A stretch of DNA of 12,887 nucleotides. It comes from Eubacteriales bacterium (GTDB lineage Bacteria; Bacillota; Clostridia; Christensenellales; MB2-83). The stretch is from positions 1-12,887 of the forward strand of contig JAHAZM010000007.1 of assembly GCA_018385275.1 (NCBI GenBank), given 5' to 3'. Position numbers and translations under genes: made by a program. The notes below the pieces were generated by a model. The model was given only the letters and a program-made list of their open reading frames with translations, did no database searches and was not told where the DNA came from. Within the stretch, counting starts at the first letter, position 1; each line of letters opens with the position of its first letter. Positions 6,468 through 12,166 of the stretch are shown here, in pieces.

Positions 6468-7142
6468 ATGGCTTGTTGTGAAAGAAACTACGGTTGTGTG
6501 GAAAACGACAGAGGGTGCGGTCGTCAGAACGACGGCTGTGCTTGCGGCGCAGGATCGTGCTGCGCGTGCAGAGGGCCGCGGGGGTTTACGGGTGCGACGG
6601 GCCCGGTCGGCCCGATGGGCCCCGCCGGGCCGATGGGTCCGAGAGGAGAAACGGGTGCGACAGGCGCGGCGGGTCCTGCCGGCCCGATGGGTCCCGCCGG
6701 TCCGATGGGCCCCGCCGGTCCGATGGGTCCGGTCGGTCCGAGAGGTCCGGTCGGTCCTGCGGCGGCGTTTGATGCGCTGTACGCTTCGGCCCAAAACGTC
6801 AGCGCGGCGCCCGGGACGCAGATCCCGCTGAACGCGACGACGGTCACGCCCGGGTCGACTCTGTCCGTATCGGGCGGCGTTGTCGAGCTGCCCGCCGGCA
6901 CTTATCTCGTCGGGTACGGATTCCGCGATGCGGAAGGAGCGGGGGCCGAGGCCGGCGTCGAGATGATCGTCAACGGGACGAAGCAAAGCGGGAGCACGCT
7001 TTCGGCGCCCATGGGCGACGGCGCGCAGGCGACGGTCCTGATGACGGCGTCGACGGCGTCGGGTCTGAGCCTGTATACCGCGGCCGGGGAAGGGACGGTC
7101 ACGTTCGGCGTCGTCGACGTGACGGTCCTCAAGATCGCGTGA
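6468..7142 (+). CDS. Collagen-like triple-helix repeat protein, BclA-like (exosporium/spore-surface glycoprotein family). It has a Cys-rich N-terminal segment, about 21 GXY triplets, and a C-terminal BclA/C1q-TNF-like beta-sandwich domain.
   Basis: The N-terminus [36 protein letters not shown] has 10 Cys in 35 aa. [31 protein letters not shown]... are GXY repeats. The C-terminus ...[18 protein letters not shown]...[26 protein letters not shown] resembles the B. anthracis BclA C-terminal domain (...TIQVNGVPVPGTGSSL...IIIEKVA). The antisense ORFs 6450..7319 and 6524..6901 are shadows. Confidence 0.8.
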   Translation: MACCERNYGCVENDRGCGRQNDGCACGAGSCCACRGPRGFTGATGPVGPMGPAGPMGPRGETGATGAAGPAGPMGPAGPMGPAGPMGPVGPRGPVGPAAAFDALYASAQNVSAAPGTQIPLNATTVTPGSTLSVSGGVVELPAGTYLVGYGFRDAEGAGAEAGVEMIVNGTKQSGSTLSAPMGDGAQATVLMTASTASGLSLYTAAGEGTVTFGVVDVTVLKIA

Positions 7143-7150
7143 ACGAAAAA

Positions 7151-7177
7151 AAGAGCCTGAAAAAGGCTCTTTTTTGA
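7151..7177. terminator. Bidirectional intrinsic terminator: aagagcct / gaaaa / aggctctt, flanked by an A-run and a T-run.
   Basis: Stem 7151-7158 and 7164-7171, T5 at 7172-7176, with aaaaa upstream. It serves the convergent gene ends. Confidence 0.7.
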
Positions 7178-7409
7178 TTGGATAAAACCCGGGGTGCCGT
7201 CTGTTCTGTGCCTGAAAGACCCGCTTATGGCAGGTGGGTATCCGGTCGGTCCGCTCGCCGAGCTCCCGTGGATCCTCTCCCTCGCGGGAGAGGACGGGCA
7301 TGCCTTTGGACGGTCGCATTTGGATTCCCGTTTTCAGAATGTGGGTTCAGGCGAGAGCAACATAACGCACATCCCAGGCTGGTTTTATCGTTCCCGGAAA
7401 GACGCGGAT

Positions 7410-7766
7410 TTATTCGTGCTCGCAGTGATCCGCGCACTCTTCGCAGTCGCAGTGGCCTGCGCACTCTTCGCAGCCGCATCCGCAGTCGTCGTCGACGCCG
7501 AGCAGGCGGCGGATGAGGACGATCAGCTCGTCGATCTTTTCTTCGTCGACCTGGCTGTAGCAATGATTGCCCTCGACGACGTCTTCTTTCATGACGTAAA
7601 CGTTGCCGCCGCATTCGTCGCGGCAGTCCTCGCAGCCGCATCCGCAGTCGTGGGGCGCTTCGGTCAGCACCACGTAGGTCTGGTTTTCATGGTCGAAACG
7701 CTGAATAAGCTGCATTTCGTATTCGTTTCCGCCCTCGTCGGTCAGAATGATGATCTCGTTTTCCAT
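7410..7766 (-). CDS. DUF1292-family (YrzB/UPF0473-like) small protein carrying two cysteine clusters (DCGCGCEDCRDEC and DCGCGCEECAGHCDCEECADHCEHE) absent from typical family members.
   Basis: 118 aa. MENEIIILTDEGGNEYEMQLIQRFDHENQTYVVLTE matches the DUF1292 N-terminal pattern (xIITLVDENGNExxFEV...YxVL). The RBS aaggag has a 6-nt spacer. The promoter is TTGCAA-17-TACAAT on the minus strand. Confidence 0.75.
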   Translation of the reverse strand: MENEIIILTDEGGNEYEMQLIQRFDHENQTYVVLTEAPHDCGCGCEDCRDECGGNVYVMKEDVVEGNHCYSQVDEEKIDELIVLIRRLLGVDDDCGCGCEECAGHCDCEECADHCEHE

Positions 7767-7795
7767 TTTGTTCTCCTTGTCGGATTGGTAATTTT

Positions 7796-7824
7796 ATTGT
7801 ACACGATGCGGCGCGTTTTTGCAA
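7796..7824 (-). promoter_or_regulatory. Sigma-A-type promoter for the DUF1292 gene: TTGCAA (7824..7819), 17 nt, TACAAT (7801..7796).
   Basis: Read on the reverse complement. The -10 lies about 30 nt upstream of the ATG at 7766. Confidence 0.55.
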
Positions 7825-7841
7825 TACAAAAAACGGGGGGT

Positions 7842-9053
7842 TCAGGGATTGGCGGCGGGCTTGGGCGTTTTGGGCGCTTTGGCCGGTTTCTCGATCTCGC
7901 CCGCGCGCGTAAGCGCGATCTTGGTCAGTACCGGCCCGACGAGCTCGTAAATGAGCGTGGCGCAGAGGACGACGGTCTGGATCTGCGTGCCGTAGACGGC
8001 GGGCAGCTCGTTGACCGCCATCTGCGCCATGCCGACGGCGACGCCGGCCTGCGGCAGCAGCGTGATGCCCAGATAGCGGCGCACGTTGGGTTCGGCTTTC
8101 GTGACCGTGGCGCCGAGACGCGCGCCGAAATATTTACCGGCGGAGCGCGCCAGCAGATAGACGACGCCGATCAGACCGATGCCGGGGACGGCCGCGAGGT
8201 CGAGCTCCGCGCCGGAGATGACGAAAAACAGCATGAACAGCGGCGGCGTCCAGCGGTCGCAGTTTTCCATGATGGCCGGCGAGTCGTCGCGCAGGTTGGC
8301 AAACAGCGCGCCGATCATCATGCATACGAGCAGGTTGGACAGGTTCAGGATCTGAGAGAGCGCCACGCCGCCGACGACGCAGCAGAGGATCAGGCAGATG
8401 CGGTTGGCGCGGGATTTGAAGAACCGCATCGACAGCGCCAGCAGACCTCCGATGGCCGCGCCGACGACGAGCGAAAGCCCGATCTCGCGCAGCGGTTCAA
8501 GCAGGACGCTCTGCACGGTGAGCGCGCTGCCGGTGGCCAGCGTGACGGAGAGCGAATTGCAGACGGCGAACACGATCAGGCCGATCATATCGTCGAGGGC
8601 CACGACCGGCAGCAGCGTCGAGGTGACGGGGCCGTGGGCTTTGTACTGGCGGACGACGAGCAGCGTGGCGGCCGGCGCCGTAGCCGTGGCGATGGCGGCC
8701 AGCATCAGCACGAGCGGAAGCTCGAATCCGCAGATCAGCAGGGCGCCGCCGACGACGAGCACGGCGCCGAAGGCCTGGAAAAACGTGATAGTGATGGCGG
8801 ACGCGCCGATGGCGCGGATGTGGTCGAGTTTGAATTCGCCGCCGATGCTGAAAGCGATGAAGCCGAGGGCCAGATCGGTGAGGATCTCCAGACCGGCGAG
8901 GTTTTCGCCGGCGACCCAGCCGAAGCAGAAGCGGCCGACGATGAGGCCCGCGATGAGGTAGCCGGTGACGTTGGGCAGGCCGACGAGTTTGACCAGGCGC
9001 GTCATCAGCAGTCCGACCAGCATGGCCAGACAAAGGCTGAGAAGAATGTTCAT
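7842..9053 (-). CDS. Monovalent cation:proton antiporter of the CPA2 family (Na+/H+ or K+/H+ exchanger).
   Basis: 403 aa with 11-13 hydrophobic helices. The N-terminus MNILLSLCLAMLVGLLMTRLVKLVGLPNVTGYLIAGLIVGRF is typical of Na_H_Exchanger/KefB-NapA-type proteins. Its ATG lies 2 nt after the upstream stop. The antisense ORF 7194..9080 is a shadow. Confidence 0.85.
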   Translation of the reverse strand: MNILLSLCLAMLVGLLMTRLVKLVGLPNVTGYLIAGLIVGRFCFGWVAGENLAGLEILTDLALGFIAFSIGGEFKLDHIRAIGASAITITFFQAFGAVLVVGGALLICGFELPLVLMLAAIATATAPAATLLVVRQYKAHGPVTSTLLPVVALDDMIGLIVFAVCNSLSVTLATGSALTVQSVLLEPLREIGLSLVVGAAIGGLLALSMRFFKSRANRICLILCCVVGGVALSQILNLSNLLVCMMIGALFANLRDDSPAIMENCDRWTPPLFMLFFVISGAELDLAAVPGIGLIGVVYLLARSAGKYFGARLGATVTKAEPNVRRYLGITLLPQAGVAVGMAQMAVNELPAVYGTQIQTVVLCATLIYELVGPVLTKIALTRAGEIEKPAKAPKTPKPAANP

Positions 9054-9055
9054 GA

Positions 9056-9400
9056 TTACTCTTTTACGATCCCTTCGTGATGCGTGACGGGGACAATGAA
9101 AAGGATGCCCGAGTCGGGTTTGTCAAAACCGCCGGTCACCTCGTGCACGACTTTCTCGGCCGCGGCGACCTGTTCGGTTTTCAGCACGATAAAAACGGTG
9201 CGGCTCTGCTCCCGTTCGGGGTTGATGACTTGACGGAGAGCGCCGAAAGCCGGCGGCGGTTCCACGCTGTCCGCGCCGAGGATCTGGCGCATGCCGGTGG
9301 ATTCGACGACCGTCGCGCCGTGAATGCCCGCCTCGTCCAGACGGGACAGGAGAGGCGAAAGACAAGCGGGCTTTTTCAGGACGATGACCATAAGCTGCAT
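9056..9400 (-). CDS. PII-like signal-transduction protein of the DarA/YaaQ (cyclic-di-AMP receptor, DUF970) type, translationally coupled to the CPA2 antiporter.
   Basis: 114 aa starting from ATG 9400 (MQLMVIVLKK...), with RBS ggagg 9 nt upstream. The tracked ORF extends to 9541 with no RBS. TVFIVLKTEQVAAAEKVVHEV and GILFIVPVTHHE align with B. subtilis DarA [22 protein letters not shown] and ATVFVLPVDEFHQ. The arrangement TAA-tc-ATG places its stop 2 nt before the antiporter start. Confidence 0.7.
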   Translation of the reverse strand: MQLMVIVLKKPACLSPLLSRLDEAGIHGATVVESTGMRQILGADSVEPPPAFGALRQVINPEREQSRTVFIVLKTEQVAAAEKVVHEVTGGFDKPDSGILFIVPVTHHEGIVKE

Positions 9401-9430
9401 GAAAAAACACCTCCGTTTTTTTCTTCCCCT

Positions 9431-9458
9431 ATTATAGCACGCCGGCGCGGCTTGTCTA
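9431..9458 (-). promoter_or_regulatory. Candidate sigma-A promoter for the DarA-like/antiporter operon: TAGACA (9458..9453), 16 nt, TGcTATAAT (9436..9431).
   Basis: Read on the reverse complement. About 30 nt upstream of ATG 9400. Confidence 0.4.
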
Positions 9459-9478
9459 TCTGTTTTTTGAAAACGCGC

Positions 9479-9507
9479 TTGCTTTTGCCGGGCGAAACGG
9501 ATATAAT
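9479..9507 (+). promoter_or_regulatory. Sigma-A-type promoter: TTGCTT (9479-9484), 17 nt, TATAAT (9502-9507).
   Basis: Direct reading. It drives the small-ORF operon beginning at 9531 and is divergent from the DarA-like promoter. Confidence 0.6.
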
Positions 9508-9530
9508 GAGAAAAAAGGAGGGGGACGTCG

Positions 9531-9653
9531 ATGAGGTTCATGACGCTGGGTCAGGAGTCCGATATCGGATTGTTTCTGGCCATCGGCGCGGCCGTCGTCG
9601 CGCTGGTGCTGGTCTTCGTTTTCCGCGGGAGGAAAAAGGACGGCGACGAATAA
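9531..9653 (+). CDS. Unannotated 40-aa single-TM micropeptide, MRFMTLGQESDIGLFLAIGAAVVALVLVFVFRGRKKDGDE.
   Basis: ATG 9531 is preceded by aaggaggggg (6-nt spacer). It lies 24 nt downstream of a perfect TATAAT. It has a hydrophobic core plus a basic C-tail, and TAA at 9651-9653. It is below the 60-aa ORF-track cutoff. Confidence 0.5.
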   Translation: MRFMTLGQESDIGLFLAIGAAVVALVLVFVFRGRKKDGDE

Positions 9654-9705
9654 ACGCCCGCAGACGCCGCGCCCGAAACGGCGTCCGCAGAAAAGGAGAA
9701 AGAGA

Positions 9706-9906
9706 ATGCTGAAGAAAATACTGATTATCGCGGCGATCGTGAGTCTGCTGGCGCTGACGGCCTGTATTCCGACGCCGGTCGCACCGACGACGGCCGCGCC
9801 GACGGCCACGCAAACGCAGCCGCGCGCCACGGGCGGGATCCGCGTCACGGACGGAGGCGGTTCCGTCGTGACATGGGGCCCTGCGCCCACGCCGACGGCC
9901 GGATAA
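9706..9906 (+). CDS. Small lipoprotein of 66 aa (about 46 aa mature), with a Pro/Thr/Ala-rich, Gly-rich body.
   Basis: MLKKILIIAAIVSLLALTAC has the lipobox L-T-A-C. RBS aaggag with a 7-nt spacer. Followed by terminators. Confidence 0.6.
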   Translation: MLKKILIIAAIVSLLALTACIPTPVAPTTAAPTATQTQPRATGGIRVTDGGGSVVTWGPAPTPTAG

Positions 9907-9980
9907 GGCGGTCGCATCAGGAGACGGGCCCCATATGAGCCCGACTTCTTTTTCGTCCGTTTCTGCCGCAGGACAGGAAA

Positions 9981-10010
9981 AGAAAAGCGCCCCCGGGGGG
10001 CGCTTTTTTG
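9981..10010. terminator. Bidirectional intrinsic terminator: GC-rich palindrome gcgccccc|ggggggcgc flanked by aaaagaaaa and tttttt.
   Basis: 9987-10003 is a near-perfect palindrome, with an A-run at 9981-9986 and a T-run at 10004-10009. It separates the convergent ends 9906(+) and 10017(-). A second smaller hairpin, cgggc-N9-gcccg + cttcttttt, lies at about 9935-9965. Confidence 0.75.
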
Positions 10011-10016
10011 TTTGGA

Positions 10017-11441
10017 TCAGGCCTCGACGTACTTCGTTTCGTCGGGTCCGGCGGAGGCCGATTCGGCGGCCGGTTCGGCGGCCGACTCTTTTTTGCCGAG
10101 GAACTCGGGCAGTTTCATGCCGGCCATTTCAAACAGCTCGTTCATCGGCGGGATGGATTTCATCATGCCGGAGAGGAAACCGGCCGTGGCGGTCTTGCCG
10201 TCGGCGCCGCCGTTGGCGTTGGAATCCCAGACGGTGACTTTGTCGATCTTGATATTCTTGACCGCTTCGACCTGTACGCGCATCAGATCCTCCATCTTGT
10301 CGGCCAGCATCAGGCGCAGCGCGTCGGTGGCGCTGCCGCCGGCGGCGGCCACGATCTTGGCAAAGCCCGCGGCCTGCTTGGTAAGGATCTCCTCCATACC
10401 GCGCGCCTCGGCTTCCATTTTGGCGTAAATGGCGTCGGCTTCGCCGCGGGCGCGCAGGCGGGCCTGCTCAGCCTCGGCCTCGGCCTGCAGCTCGAGCTGG
10501 CGCTTGCGGATCTCGGCCTGGACGATGACGTCGGCCTCGAGGGTGGCGCTTTCGCGGGATTTACGGGCGCGTTCGGCCGCTTCCTCGGCCGCGTAGGCGT
10601 CCTCGAGGGCCTTGGCGGCCTGGATCTTTTCGGCGGAGGTCGCGATGCGCAGGGCCTCGGCTTCTTTTTCCTTACGGGCGGCGGCGGACTGAGCGATCTC
10701 GATGGCGGCGGCGTTTTCACCCTTGATGGCCTCGGAGTTGGCGGCCGAAACGCTCACGCGCTGGTCGCGCTGGGCGGCCGCGGCGCCGATCGCGCCGTCC
10801 TTGTCCCGTTCGGCCACGAGTTTCTTGGCGTCGTTGATGGCCTTGGCGGCCGCTTCTTTTCCCAACGCCTGGATATAGCCGGATTCGTCCTCGATGTCGG
10901 TGACGTTGACGTTGATGAGCCGGAGGCCGATCTTCTTGAGTTCGGTTTCGACGTTGTGGGAGACGGCCTCGAGGAATTTATCGCGGTCGGTGTTGATCTC
11001 TTCGATGTCCATCTGCGCGATGACGAGACGAAGCTGACCGAAAATGATGTCTTTGGACAGTTCCTGGATGTCGTTGAGGCTCAGGCCCAGCAGACGTTCG
11101 GCGGCGTTCTGCATGATGCCCTGTTCGGTGGAAATACCGACCGTGAAGCGCGAGGGCACGTCGATACGGATGTTCTGCCGGGAAAGCGCGTTGCGCAGGT
11201 CCACGGGGATGGACATGGGCGTCAGGTCGAGGAAAGCGTAGGACTGGATCAGCGGCCAGACGAACTTTGCGCCGCCGTGGATACACTTGGCGGCCCGGGT
11301 CGTGTTGTCCTTGCCTTTGCCGACCTTACCGTAGATGACCATGATCTTGTCCGAGGGACATTTTTTATAGCGCGAGGCGATCATGAGGACCAGCGCGAAC
11401 AGGATCAGGATCCCGAAAATGATGGGGACGATGGGGGGCAT
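10017..11441 (-). CDS. floT: Flotillin (SPFH/band-7 domain plus Glu/Ala-rich coiled-coil), FloT/YuaG-like.
   Basis: 474 aa from ATG 11441 (MPPIVPIIFGILILFALVLMIASRYKKCPSDKIMVIYGKVGKG), with RBS aaaggag 8 nt upstream. The tracked start at 11450 is a GTG that overlaps the SD. The N-terminal hairpin anchor, the SPFH core and EA-repeat flotillin C-terminus, and pairing with an upstream NfeD gene follow the yuaF-yuaG arrangement. Confidence 0.88.
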   Translation of the reverse strand: MPPIVPIIFGILILFALVLMIASRYKKCPSDKIMVIYGKVGKGKDNTTRAAKCIHGGAKFVWPLIQSYAFLDLTPMSIPVDLRNALSRQNIRIDVPSRFTVGISTEQGIMQNAAERLLGLSLNDIQELSKDIIFGQLRLVIAQMDIEEINTDRDKFLEAVSHNVETELKKIGLRLINVNVTDIEDESGYIQALGKEAAAKAINDAKKLVAERDKDGAIGAAAAQRDQRVSVSAANSEAIKGENAAAIEIAQSAAARKEKEAEALRIATSAEKIQAAKALEDAYAAEEAAERARKSRESATLEADVIVQAEIRKRQLELQAEAEAEQARLRARGEADAIYAKMEAEARGMEEILTKQAAGFAKIVAAAGGSATDALRLMLADKMEDLMRVQVEAVKNIKIDKVTVWDSNANGGADGKTATAGFLSGMMKSIPPMNELFEMAGMKLPEFLGKKESAAEPAAESASAGPDETKYVEA

Positions 11442-11461
11442 ACTCAACACTCCTTTTCCGT

Positions 11462-12166
11462 TTATTTATGCGTAACGACGACCGTGTTTTCGCCGCTGAC
11501 ACCGATGATGAGGACTTCGCTGCCGCTGGGCAGGGGCGCGTCGCAGTCGGTCACGGCCGAAAGCTCGACGTAGCGCTCCTGTACGAGGACGTTGACTTTT
11601 CCGGTCCCGCTGCGGCGCGGCGGGATCGTCAGATAGACGGAGGCGCTCTTGCCCACGGCGTTCGTGATGCGGAGCGTGCCGTCCTCCTGCAGACGCATCA
11701 GCGCGCGCAGCAGGAAAGCCATGCCTCCCAGAGCCGCCAGGCCGACCAGCAGGCCGATCCCGAGCGAGAGAAGGTCGGACGCGCCGTTGGTCGAGAGGCA
11801 CAGACCCGTCCAGCCGAACATGACGAAGAAGGCGACGACGCCGCGCAGCGTCAGCAGGCGGAAGCCGGGGTCGATCCCGTCGGCGGCTCCGTCCGTATCC
11901 GGCACGCCGTCGCCGTCCGCGTCAACGGCGTCCGGAATGCCGTCCCCGTCGGCGTCAAGGCCGTCGGGCACGCCGTCGCCGTCCGCGTCGAGCTGATCCG
12001 GCACGCCGTCGCCGTCGGCGTCGGCTCCGTCGGCTCCGTCCGCTCCGCCGTGACCCAGACCGACGAGGCTCAGGATGATCTGGATGATGAGCACCAGAGA
12101 AAACGGCAGCGCGGTATAGAAGAATACTTTTTGCAGGACGGTCAGTCCCTCGATCCATTCAAACAT
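11462..12166 (-). CDS. NfeD-family membrane protein (YuaF-like flotillin partner) with an inserted four-copy Asp-rich DADGDG(V/I)PD repeat between the first two TM helices.
   Basis: 234 aa. The N-terminal TM MFEWIEGLTVLQKVFFYTALPFSLVLIIQIILSLVGLG, further TM helices, and a C-terminal beta-rich soluble domain (TLRITNAVGKSASVYL...EVLIIGVSGENTVVVTHK) are as in short NfeD. The insert is GGADGADGADADGDGVPDQLDADGDGVPDGLDADGDGIPDAVDADGDGVPDTDGAADGIDPG. Stop 11462, 20 nt before the floT ATG. The antisense ORF 11468..12184 is a shadow. Confidence 0.8.
   Translation of the reverse strand: MFEWIEGLTVLQKVFFYTALPFSLVLIIQIILSLVGLGHGGADGADGADADGDGVPDQLDADGDGVPDGLDADGDGIPDAVDADGDGVPDTDGAADGIDPGFRLLTLRGVVAFFVMFGWTGLCLSTNGASDLLSLGIGLLVGLAALGGMAFLLRALMRLQEDGTLRITNAVGKSASVYLTIPPRRSGTGKVNVLVQERYVELSAVTDCDAPLPSGSEVLIIGVSGENTVVVTHK

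Noticed and set aside
6450-7319. 289-aa minus-strand ORF and 6524..6901(-) with a GP-rich translation opposite the collagen gene.
   Set aside because: GGN/CCN collagen codons read as Pro/Gly-rich on the antisense strand. The plus-strand frame has the RBS, the start at the hairpin, and the BclA-like C-terminal domain.
7194-9080. 628-aa plus-strand ORF opposite the DUF1292 and CPA2 antiporter genes.
   Set aside because: Asp/Ala/Arg/Gly-rich low-complexity shadow. The minus-strand products are a clean 12-TM transporter and a recognisable DUF1292 protein, each with an RBS and a promoter.
9056-9541. Tracked 161-aa extent of the PII-like ORF (upstream M at 9541).
   Set aside because: The N-terminal 47 codons (MNLIDVPLLFSHYIRFARQKQ...) have no RBS and run through the divergent promoter. 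ATG 9400 with GGAGG upstream gives the canonical 114-aa PII length.
10008-11573. 521-aa and 138-aa plus-strand ORFs opposite flotillin, and 11468..12184(+) and 12165..12812(+) opposite NfeD and the HTH gene.
   Set aside because: Gly/Asp/Arg low-complexity shadows of real minus-strand genes with clear homology (SPFH/flotillin, NfeD).
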